Positions 40,701 to 52,700 of a DNA stretch of 64,000 bases are shown piece by piece. The DNA comes from Camelus dromedarius (lineage: Eukaryota): positions 40,302,001 to 40,366,000 of the forward strand of contig NC_087447.1 of the NCBI RefSeq assembly GCF_036321535.1, given 5' to 3'. The notes under the pieces were generated by a model that worked only from the letters and a program-made list of their open reading frames with translations, ran no database searches and was not told the DNA's origin. The position numbers were made by a program, and so were the translations under genes. The stretch's first letter is position 1; every line of letters begins with the position of its first letter.

Positions 40701-43700
40701 ACTGCAAAGCCTAGCCTTCCTCCTCTGTTCACTGCTTCACAAAAGGGGCAGATGAGAGGTCACTAGTGGTAATTGAATGTCTGGTCCATGCTGTGATGTG
40801 TGGACACACTTACCACCCTTAATCTTCCAAGCAACATAATTCCCATTTTACAGATGAGGACACTGTGGCTCGGTGATGTTAAATGACTTACCCAGCAAGG
40901 AGAATTGAGAAGGAATTGGACCTGGGGCTCACTGTTGGGCTAGTGTGTCCTTTTTGTAGCTGGTGGCCTGGGTCTCAGCTTGGAGAGCTGGACCTGGTGG
41001 TGGGGTGGATCCCTTGGCACAGGTGCCTTGGCAGGCAGCACTGGGGTCACTGTGATGATGGGTGTCTGGGCAGGAAACCTGGGTGTGCTCAGACCCCCCT
41101 CCCTAGATTCCGGCCCACGGCCTCCTCGGAGCTGAAGTTTTGAGTCCCCTGCCATGCCACGAAGGTGAAGCCAAATAAGACATGGCCACTTGTGAGCAAA
41201 ATGAGGCCAGAGTATGTCGTTTTCCACAACCAAAACATACTAAGGCTTCTTCCAAGCTCATTAGCACAAATCCTTCAGCCTGGAAGGTTTAATAATTCCA
41301 CAAGCCCCTTTTTAAGTCCTCACTGTGGTGAACTTTGTGGGGAGGGTTGGAGGAGGGAAGGCTTAATTGCTGATGACAGGAAAGAGGCCAGGACCCAGGG
41401 GTTTGGAAGCCCACTGGAGCTCAGGGTGCGTGCCCAGCCGCTTCCCCACCCAGGGGCCTGGCAGTCCACTGGGGACGTGACTTTTTTTCTTCATGGAGGG
41501 AAACAACTCTGTTTTTGTTTCCTATGGCTTTCCATTTTCTTTTTCTATTTTTTTTAAAGGAAGTTGAAGGAATTCTTATTTTTCAGAGAGGGTGCTGGAT
41601 GGGAGACACTAAAGCAGTGGTCCTTAACCTTGGATCTACATTAGTGTCACCTGGAGAGAACTCTTGGGGAAGGAAACACACCTTTATTTTCACCAACTTT
41701 TAAATCACGGTGGCATTTGCTTCAACCTTGAAAGCAGGCGACCAGCCACAGGCTCACTGGCATTGCCCTCGTTCCGACAGCCGCCGCGGGTGTTTTCGTG
41801 CCTTCTGGCCTCTGATGCTGATGACTTCAAACAGCGTTTACGCTACTTAGAAGTTAAGGTCATTGTCAGACTGGCCGGTAGATTTTACTGCTCAGAGTGT
41901 TGGTGAGGAAGCCCATAAAACCCTGTATCTCAACACATTTTGATCACTGTATTTCAGTGCAGTCATTGTCCTTTGTAATCTGTGTGTTTTCCTTTGCTTA
42001 CCTAATGCATTATTCCAGGAAGGGGTCTCAGAAGGGGTCTGCAGCCTTCATTAAGCTGCCATAGAAGCTCATGGTGTGAAAAAGGTTAAGACCCCTGTTT
42101 TAAGAAAAGTCTGGTGGCCAGTGCCCACACTGTCGTTCAGATTTAGATGTGGCCTCCCCGGCAAGGGGGAGGCTGTTGAACGAGCTCTGTCTGTTGCATT
42201 CCCTGGAGCAGACGCCTCCCACCCACCCCATTGTTGGCGGGACCTGACCCCCAGGCCCCGAGTACCACCAGCCTCCCTGCAGGTGGTTTGGATCCTAAGG
42301 ACTGTGCAGACTCATTTGCAGGAAACTGAAGTTTGAACAAATCCTGATCACCTGCTCCACGGAGGCTCTTGGAAATGCAGGGTTAGGGTCCTTCTCCAAG
42401 TAGGAGTGTGTAGGTGGTCCCAGACCTGCCGTCTGACCCTGGGTGGGCCAAGTGGGACGTCTGCAGACTCCCGCAGCTCGGAGCCCCTGGCGGGTGCTAA
42501 TCTTCCTCTGGGGGACCTGAGTCCCTGGCTGGGGCTCGGCAGCCTGAGCTCCCTCCTGAAGTGTCTCCTGGCCTCTCTCCCCTGAGGATGGTTTCACCAG
42601 TGTCTCAGCTTGAAGATGCAGACAGGACACCCCGCTGGAGGGTTTTGGTGTGTTGGGAAGAGTCACACACACCCCGGAGTCTGTTCTTCCCCAGAGAAGT
42701 CTTCACCTGCCCCACCGAAGACTCAGCCCTGAGCCCCCAGGATGGACAGAGAAGAGAAAGGTGAGCCCTCTTCAGCCCCTCGAGTTCCCTCCAGCACAGG
42801 TGCCTTGGGGTGGAGCCTCAGAGAGCTCTCCTCTGAGACACCGGATCGAGTACAGGCATCCTCTCCAAGGGCCAAGAGTGTGAAGGGATGGGACACACTC
42901 CGGACTTTCTTCTCAAGGCAAAGGAAAAACAAAGTGAAGGGGTTAGGTTAGGCCGAGTCAGCTCACTGACTCACGTGCAAAGAGTTAGAAGAGACCAACT
43001 GAGTAAATACGGAGAAACTCCATCCCTCCCCAGTGGCAGAGGGAGGGTCTTAAACAGAATCAAAATGTAACAGCAATAAAAACACTGTCAGAACCTGCTT
43101 AGCGTAATTACTGGAAAACCGAGGCAGACACTGGTACCCTCTCCCTGAAACCTATTCTGTCCCTGCTTCATCCCCAGCACTGCTCTTCCCCTGAGTCACA
43201 CAGCTCGCACCAGGCTTAGCCAGGCGCAGCCCAAGGGTGTGACTGCGATTAGGTTTAACCCTTGTAGTTGCTTTGTTCGAAAGTAAGGTGAATTCAGTAG
43301 GGTCTGTGTGAGGAGTTGTCTGAGGGTGGGGACACGAATCTGTGGCCCCCACAGGCCCTGACGGGACCCTGCCTACCGCAGTCATGTGGAAGCATCACCC
43401 TGGCCTGTGACTGGCCCTGGCCCTGGCTTCCACTGGTCACAGAAGCATAAAGGCCCAGGACACCTCTCCATGGCAGCGGCTCTGCTGCCCTTCATGGCTG
43501 AACATCATTTTTCTGGGGCAGATGCCAGCACTGAGGGGACCTCTGATGCTGGTTGCAGGTGTCACAAACAGGGACGAAGCCCTGGTAGGACTCGAGGTGA
43601 GAGGATGCAGAACATCTGTGAGATGTGAGTCACACGGCTCCTCCATCCCTGAACCAGGAAAGGAGGAAGAGGAAGGTGACGAAGATTTGCCCGACGCGGC

Positions 43701-46700
43701 TAAGTTTGTGGATGAGAGGCCAGGAGGGGTGAAGCAGAGGCTTCCCTATGGACCAAGTGCTGAGAAGCTTGTGGAAGCAAGAACCAAGACACTCCTTCCT
43801 GTAGACACCCCTGTCATGACTTCCTGGAGCCGGCTCCTCAGAGACCTTCCATGACACCCAGATCCCTCTCCCTGGGTAGGCCGTCCCCTCCCCTGAAGGA
43901 GGGCTGGTCACAGTTCCCCGAAGGCAGCTCTTCCTGTGTCTGCTTCCAGGCCCCTGACTCAGTGGAGTCAAGGAGTGCTCCTGTCTCCTCAGACACAGCA
44001 CAACCCTGGAGGACCCGCCATCACGCCCCAGGCATTGCTTCTGACGCCACCATTCATTGCTCAGAATGTCTTTGTTAAAGAGAAATTGTAAAGACCCTCG
44101 CCATGGACTTGCCTCCCAGCACCAGGGCGTCAAGCTGGGGACTGAGGGGGTGCTCCACCTCGGAGACCAGCCAGGACCACAAGAGGCACCGGCAGCAGCT
44201 GACTCTAGGCTCACCATCAACAAGGATTGCTGTTTTATGAAAACCCACTTGGATTCACTGGACTCCTAGCTCTGCCAGACTCCTGAACAGGGAGGGGAGA
44301 TGTCCAGCCAAGGAAAATGACATCTAACCTGTCTGGCCTGGAGAGCAGCCAAGAAGACCAAGGAGGTCACAGCCTGGCCAAAGCCAGAGAGAGTCAAAGT
44401 GGAGGCGAGAGAATTCATGAAATCAGCCACTGAGCAGGACACCGAGCAGAGGCTTGTGGACTGGCCTCCTCGCTCTGAATAACTGCCCAAGATTGCTGAG
44501 GACACAGTCCACCATGCTTCCTGTTGGCCTGCAGGCAGGGGAGTGAGCCCATGTAGGCACCCCATGCCCACGGAGCCACAAAATCACCACCTTCAAGGTG
44601 CCAGGTGGAAAGACTGGCAAGGCCAAGGGCAAGTTTGGGATGCACTGTGCACTGGCTGTCCATTACCCCAACCTCAGTGATGTGAAACACACATTGTTAT
44701 GCTCCTGGATTAAGGCGAAGGATTTGGACAAGGTACAGTGGGATGGTTCGCCTCTGCTCCAAGATCTGAGAGCTCCGACTTGAAGCCGATGACTCAGTGG
44801 CTGAGGCTGGAGTCATCCAGAGGCTTTTCACACTCATGCTTCTGGCTGCTCGCTGGTGTTGCAGCCTCTCCGTGGAGCCTGGGCTTCATCCCAGACTGGA
44901 GCCTTGGTTCGGAGGGTGAGCGTCTGAAGAGGGAGAGACCAAGCCAAAGCCGCGTTGCCTCTCATGACCCAGCCTTGAAAGTCACGCAGCATCACCAAGT
45001 GAGCTAAGTGCTCTCCTAGGGTGGATGGGATGGTTGAGGGACTGTCCTTTCAGTCCCTCTCACTTCCTATCTCTAGAAACAATCCAAAGATGCTTTAACT
45101 GCTCTGGTCAGAAGAGGCCAGTGACTCAAGGAAAGGTCTCAGGGGGCTTTGGGAATTGAGGCAGGTCCCACCTTGAGACACCTATGACCAACCAGCCACT
45201 GATCACCTTGGCTGCTGCTGGACGGTGTCCCCTCAGAGGGAAAAGCAATTACAGACACTCAAAGCCCCCCAACCTGTACCTTAATTTTCCCACTGTGAGT
45301 CTAGGTCATTCTTATAAATGCCTGTGATCTTTGGAGTCCGAATGTATTCCTCTCCTCACTCGGTGTTCACTGGGATGGATACTGAAGGCCAGGGGTACCA
45401 AGGAGACAAACCCTCTCTGCCCACTGGGGACAGTCAGGGAAGTCATTAAGAAGGCTCCTTAAAGATGAGATGGCTGAGCGGGATATGAGGGCATTCTAGA
45501 AGCAGGGACCAGAACTGGGCTTTGAGGGAGGGGTCAGGAAGTTGGACTGGAAAACAGGTTGGGAACTGACCACAAAGGGCCCTCTGTGCCGTGCGGAGAT
45601 TGGACTCAGCAAACGGTTGACAGGGAAGGTGGAAAGATGGTGAGCTACAAGGTAGTGTCCTCAGGGTGAGGGCCTCACAACCTGGGTAAATTTGCTAGAG
45701 TCCAGGACCCCGAGCCCCGCAGAGCCAGACCCTGGACACGCTTGGCCCTCTTGCTGACTGAACTCAGACTTCACTGATGTGTAGGTTATGAGTTTGCAGG
45801 GGTGAGGAGCATCTCTTTCTAGCGGCAGGAATGTTGGGGCCCCATCTGGAGTCAGGACACCCCCTATCTGGTGTCAGGGTCCTGGGGAGCCAGGTTGCTT
45901 GTCTGAGGGTTGCTGGGTGAGAGAGAATTCCAGGCAGGGGAGGGCGATACTGTTGGGGGCAGTGCCTGGCTCCAGGAGCTGCCTGGTGCAGGCAGAGCAG
46001 AGAGTTCCCTGGTGACGGAACCCCAGGCCCCCTTCCCTCAGGTCACGGGGGACATGCCTGTTTTTTTCCACCTCCTCCCTTGTCACACCATGTTATTATG
46101 CCACTAGCACAGATGCAGTCTAGCTGTTCCCCGGGCCTGGAGGGCCACCTGTCTCCTGTGATTTGGCATTGATTGAAATAGTCCAGCCTCATCCGTCACC
46201 AGGGCCCTCTGCTGGAGCCGCTTTTCAGCAATTATGATTAGGCTCCTGATGACTTGAATGGCAGGTACCTTCTGCGGATGGAGCACTGTGTCCTGTAAGT
46301 GTTTGATGAAGGTCAGACCCCGGGGAGGCCCCATGGCTCCACCCCACCCCACGATCTGCTGTCGGAATGAGGGTGGGGGCCCCACAGACCCAAAGCCTGG
46401 GAAACATGGATGGGGAAAGGATGGAGAGGGCTCCCTCCACTGCTTCTAACCCAGGTCGGTGACAGCACTCAATTGGTCAGAGACAATTCGGGCCCAGGAG
46501 GAAGTTTCCTTTGGAGTTAAATATGGGTATAATTTTCCAGAAGAAATATCACTCAGGCTGAAAGAATGTGCTGGGAAGTTCCATGAGTGTGGGGCTGGCA
46601 GTCTCTGGCCTGGCAGTGGAACAGGCTGTCGTCCGGGGCACCCCCTCTCCATCCTGAAGACCTGAGCGTGTGAAGGTCTCCCCAGAGGGCCCTGGGTCTG

Positions 46701-49700
46701 GGGCGGAAGCAGAGGAGAACTCCAGGACTTCCTGAGGGGTCTGGGTGCTGAGGGCCTGGAAGGGCTGTTCTCTACATCTGGTGTGCTGAGTGCGGCTGGG
46801 TGCATTTTCCTTCTGTGGCCTGTGAGTCTGGGGAGGGAAGACTGGCGGGAGCAGACCCCAAGCCCCAGGCCTTTGCAGGCGTTGGGCTTTAGGAGAATGA
46901 CAGCTGGCGTCGGCTCCTGGCTCCGACCGGGGTTTTCCATAGGGTGATCTGTGCATCATGGGTCAGGCCAGAATGCTGGGTGAGGTTTGTGGCCTCCGCC
47001 TGCCCTGAGCTGGCGCAGTTTCCAGGGCAGCGTCTAGGAGAGGCTGGGGGCGCCCTGCTGTGTTCAAGACATACGTGCATGAGTCTCACAGGCTTCTGCA
47101 ATTGGCCTGATCTTAAGTTCAAAACAGGACTCCGAGGAATGGAATGGGGAAAGTGACTCGGAAACCCTGTAGAAGGGAGGGGAGGCCGCCTGCCACCCTC
47201 CCTCAGTTCCTCTCCTGCCCTCCGGGTACCTACACCAGAGGCCTAGCCCGGGGACCCTACCCTCCCTTGGAGGCAGAGCTGGCAGCTCCCAGCCTCCTCC
47301 GGAGGCCTCCTGACTCCCACTTCTCCGTGCTGCACCCAGTCTGCCCGTTCTCTGGGGTGCCAGGCACACTGGATAGGGCCCATCCTGGTCACTTACACTT
47401 GCATGACCCTGTTTCTAAATATGGTGAGATATGAGGGATTGGGGCTTTAACTTATGAATTGGGGGTGGGTGTGGGGAGTGTAATTCAACCCGTACCTGGG
47501 CAGTTGGAGGCAGCAGAGTGCAGTGGCAGGAGGGCGCCTCGGCCTGGGGGTCTGATGGACTTGGGTTTACCTCTTAGCACTTCCAGCTCCACTGGTGACT
47601 TTGGGTTCTGAGCCTCAGTTTCCTTATCTGCAAAATGGAGATTGATCAATGGTTCATCTGTCCGTCTATTCGTTCGTTCTTTATTCTTTTACTGAATGGC
47701 AGCTCTGCGCCAGGCACACCCTAGGGGATGTGAAGTCAGCGGCTGACCTCCCGGCGGCCGTGAGGGTCAGAGAGGGCAGAGGAAAGCCCGAGCAGGGGCC
47801 GGCACACTGTTGGTGCCCTCTCCCCTGCCTGCAGTGTGCACTGCTCTGCGGGCCGGCAGGCGGAGGGCCCTTGGGCCTCTGTTTCATGTCCCTGGCTTGT
47901 CCCCCTGAAGATGTTCTCAGAGCCCTGGGCTGGAGAGGAGGCTGTGGACAGCCCAGGCCCCGGCAGGGCCCAGGCGGTGGCCTCCTCCTTTGGGCCTCAC
48001 AGTACAAGAATGGGTTCCCGGGGACTGTGGGTGGCATGCCCCAGCCAGTGTGGGAAGCGCGGTGTGGCCACAGAAGGGCCACCGAGAAGCCGAGCCCCCC
48101 TCGCCCACGCAGAAGCCGTGGAAAGCCTTGCCAGTTCCGGTGTCGTTTTCTCCCCCTTCCTTTGCCACCTCTGATAAACTCTGAAATGGAAAATCAAAGA
48201 TGTAGCATGGCTCCTTTGCCGTTTTCCACTATTTCATGATTGTGTCGAAGCACCAAGGCCATTTCCAGGCCCAGCATCTTGCCAGGTCTCCAGCGTGGTC
48301 CCCACCAGCCCCACCTCCCCACCCACATCTGAGCAGAGTGATGTTCTAAATATAGCACGTCCTCAGAACAACAAAGACCCGATCTTCTGAATGGCTTCAG
48401 CCCTGACAGGCGCCTCTAGGCTGATTGTCAGCCTTCCCCGCCAGGATGGGAGGGAGGAGCAGGACAGACAGGGAGTGGCCAGGATTGGAGAAGCCTCGGC
48501 AGTAAGTGACATTTGAGGCCCAGACGCCCGCAGGCAATGGCCTTGGCCTTGAGTTCCTGCCTGCTGTCTCCAGGGATGTGTGGGGCCCGGGGCCCTATTC
48601 CCAGGCGGGCTCTGCTAAGCTGGGGCTGAGGGACAGGAGACCGGTTAGCACTGAAGAGAGAGAGAAATGCTATCTTCCGAGGAGGAGCCGGGAGATGTTA
48701 TCTTTAGGGTCAGACCCACTGGCGTGGACTCATGACTCCACCTCTCCCCCGGGCGACTCGGGGCAGATCTTTCACTTAAATCTGTTTCCACATCTGTGAA
48801 GTGTGGACAATAAGGCCTGTGATGGGGGCATTCGAGAGGACTGGTGCTGAGTGGTGGCTGCAGTGGCCCCGCCTGGCTGGGGCTGGGTGTCCGGACGCCG
48901 GGGAGCGGGGCTGTGGAAGGCTCTGCCCGGGGGACGCCCAGCTTGCCATCTCATCCCAGCACCTCACCCCACCTGCTCTGCGGTGTTCAGGTGACCCCAA
49001 CATTCCGCATCTTTAATTTCACCTCAGGGGTGTCCCTCCTTCCATCCCAGTGGTCGGAGAGGTACCTTGAACCCAGGACCTCCACGGCCCTTTAGATGGG
49101 GATGCAGCCAAGCCTCTCTCCCCGCTCCCAGGCCTCTCACCGCAGAGCTCACCTCCTCGGCCCTCCTGTGTCCAGCTGGGTGCTGAGGCTCCTTTAAAAC
49201 CTCTGCCCAAATGTGAACATATCTGTTGAGCACAGGTGAGAGAAGCTGGAATTATTGAAAAGAATAAAATCCGGCATTTCTCAACTCCAGGCCAGGCTCT
49301 GCTCAGGGGGCACCATGTCCTCCCTACCCACCCATTCATTTCAGGTTAAGGTGAGAGGACCTGACCTGTTCGTAGGTCTCTAACACCAGGAAAGGAGGGA
49401 CCCTGTCCCCTACTACTGAGGGGTCCTCGAGAAAGGCCCCAAACTAACAGCCTTACCGTATGGAGAGCCTGGTCTTCATACTGTGAGAGGTCACCCTGCC
49501 CAGGACTTCACTCCTATGGGCGTCCAGGCAGCTGCCCACTGTTGGTGACACTCTCTGGATGGAGACAGGTCAGGACTAGATGTGAAAGTCCCAAGTGCTG
49601 GCAGGGGTAGAGATGGAGAGTTGTTGCTGGAGACATGAGCCCCTGTTGTTTAGACTTGCCTTTCTGCTGACAGCAGGCCCCTGGCAGGGGGCTTCCCGGG

Positions 49701-52700
49701 GAAATGGGGCACTGGACAGAGGTGGGATGCCCCGCGCTCTGTTGCTCTGGCCACTGTTCAGAACGCGGACTCAGCACCGCAGCCCCGTGAGAGAGGTCAC
49801 AGACACGAGGTGGCCAGACCAGGATTCAGTTCATGCTCTTTTGTTTGGCCTCTAGGGTTTCTTCACGCTTTGGAGTTGCTGGGTTTCTGGTATGATCACA
49901 GCTCTCAGAGCCCATCTGGGGATGTGCTGGGAATGCGCGTCCACAGCACGCGAGCTGGCAGACAGTTAGCACAGAAGCACGAGGCTTTCTTGGGGGGCAG
50001 TCATGCTGAGCTAACCTGCCAGAGCTCCTGCAGGAAGCAGAAACGTGCTGGGAAAGGAAACCATCGCGTTAGTGTATTTGGAGTTTTTAAAACTGTTTGG
50101 CAAGGTTCCATGCTGAAAATTTTTCCATATCTAGAAAAAAAAATTGCTTCATGGTGGCTTCGCAGGGAATGCTTTGTTCTGCGCAGGGGTCAGCTGAGGG
50201 GAAGGGAGATATTCCTGAGGATGGACGTGCTCTTGTCTTCGTGGAAAACTGTGCATGGCAGGGGGTCTTAGCATGTACCTTCGTATTTAAAGATCTGGAA
50301 GAGGAGGTGTGTAGTGAAAAGTCTCAGGTATACAGAATTCTTGGGGAATGAGAAGCCAAAATAATGGAACGTGCGTATTTTCTTGCTTTGGTTCCCAAAT
50401 CATTGCTCATAACAACAAAATCATTTGTTAGCCCTGCACCAGCACTAGTAACGTACAAGGGGTTTCACCCAGTCAACACAGCTCCGTTGGTGCCCCTATG
50501 TGCCAGGCGCTGTGCTGGGCCCAGGCACGTGTCGCACGCGTAGTTCTGCTTTACAGAAGTGGGACTACAGTCTTCTTCCACTCGCTTATTTTACTTACTG
50601 GTGGATTGTAAACATCATGATGCAAAGAACTACCTCATTCTTTTCTGTGTCTCCCTGGTGCTATTTTCCCATGAAATGATTGTACAATAATTTAATCAGC
50701 TCCCTCTTATTGGACATTTCCACTATTTGTGGATTACAAATATTATACCAATGTAGCCTAAAACATCCCTGTACTTGGCAATTTGCATGTATGGACAAGT
50801 GTTTCTGAGGATCGCCACCTGGAACGGGAATCACTGGGCCAAAGGCTCTATGCATTTACATTTTGGATAGATGTTGATCAATTGCCTGCAAAGAACATGT
50901 ACCTCGATTTAAATTTCCCCAACTTACCATCTGGTAATGCTCCTCAAGTCCCTACCAACACTGGGTAATTATACTGGTTTCCTATTGCTGCTGTAACAAA
51001 TTACTGCATATTTAGTGGTTTAAATACAATGAAAAATTAAGCAGAAAGCATTCTGAAAATTTTTATCTGAAATTCAAAGTTTATTAAGTGTCTTGATTTT
51101 GTCTGAGAATGCTACTCTCTCTCTACCTTTTTTTTTTTAATTGAAGTATAGTCAGTTTACAATGTTGTGTCCATTTCTGGTGTCCAGCATAATGTTTCAA
51201 TCATACATATATGTACACATATTCCTTTTCATATTCTTTTTCATTATAGGTTACTATAAGATATTAAGTATAGTTCCCTGTGCTGTACAGTATAAACTTG
51301 TTTATCTATTGTATATATAGTAGTTAGTATCTGCAAATCTCAAACACCCAGCTTATCCCTTCTCACTCCTTTTCTCCCCAGGTAACCATAAGTTTGTTTT
51401 CTGTGTCTGAGTCTGTTTCTGTTTTGTATGTCAGTTCATGTGTGCATGTGTGTGTGTGTGTGTGTGTGTTTTAGATTCCACTATGAGTGATATCATATGG
51501 TATTTTTCTTTCTCTTTCTGGCTTACTTCACTTAGAATGATGATCTCCAGGTCCATACATGTTGCTGCAAATGGCATTATTTTATTCTTTTTTATGGCTG
51601 AGTAGTAATCCATTGTGCAAATATACCACAACTTCTTTATCCAGTCATCTGTCAATGGACATTTAGGTTGTTTCCATGTCTTGGCTATTATATATAGTGC
51701 TGCAGTGAACATTGGGGTGCATGTATCTTTTTGAATTAGAGTTCCCTCTGGATATATGCCCAGGAGTGGGATTGCTGGGTCATACAGTAGCTCTGTTTTT
51801 AGTTTTTTAAGGAATCTCCATTCTGTTTTCCCTAACGGCTGCACCAAATTACATTCCCACCAACAGCGTAGGAGGGTTCCCTTTTCTCCACACCCTCTCC
51901 AGCACTTATCAAAACAATGCAAATGTATTATCTTACAGCTCTTTAAGTCAAAAGTCCAACAGGAGTCTCACTGGATTGAAATCAAAGTGTTGGCAGGGCT
52001 GTGCTTCTTCTGGAAGCTCTGGGAGAGATACTGATTCTTGGCCCATGGCCCTTGCATTTTCAAAGCCAGAGAAGTCTGGATGACTAGGGTGGGAGGGTGG
52101 TGCGGAGGGGTAAGTGTCATCGTTCTGACGCTGACTCTGCTATTCCTTTCCGTCTGTGAAGCCCCTTATGATTACACTGGGTGCCCCTGGATAATCCAGG
52201 CGTCTCTCCTTAAGTCAGGTCAGCTGATTAGCACCCTTAATCCCACCTGTGACTCTACTGTCCCCTGCCGTGTAACATGGCACGTCCACAGCTTCCAGGA
52301 AGGAGGGGGTATCGACATTTTGGAGCGGGGCTGGTATTCTGCCTACTGCAGATAGTATCAAACTTTTTGTGTCTCTTCTAAGTGAAAACACGGTATCCTG
52401 CTCTTTTAAGCTCGTTTTCTTGATATTGGTCAGGTTGAACATCTTTTCTGAGTGAAGAGACAGTTTCTCTGTCTATAAGTTTTCTGGTCATTCTCTTCAC
52501 CTCCTTTTCTGCTGGGCTGCCCTCACCCTTTTTTTTTTTTTTTTTTTTTCAATTGAATGATAAATTCCTTGAGGGCAAGGGCTTTCTCATACTTCTGTCT
52601 GCATCCCACTGCTTCTAAACCTGACTGGGTTCAGAGAAAGGACTTGATGCCTGTGGGCCCTCCGCCCCTCCCTCCCTCCCACCCGTGCTCTGGCTGTTCT

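Noticed and set aside
43522..44223. ORFs of 110 and 197 aa in the large intron, including an acidic patch (EEEEGDED)
   Set aside because: No recognisable domain, no convincing splice sites and no poly(A)/TSD signature of a retrocopy; lengths are plausible by chance in GC-rich DNA.
47649..48239. 196-aa ORF with overlapping ORFs on both strands
   Set aside because: It starts in MIR/L2-like sequence, has low-complexity G/P/C composition and shows no homology I can recognise.
51431..51922. 163-aa ORF as an independent gene
   Set aside because: It is the C-terminal fragment of L1 ORF2 in a 5'-truncated element, lacking the endonuclease and reverse transcriptase domains.
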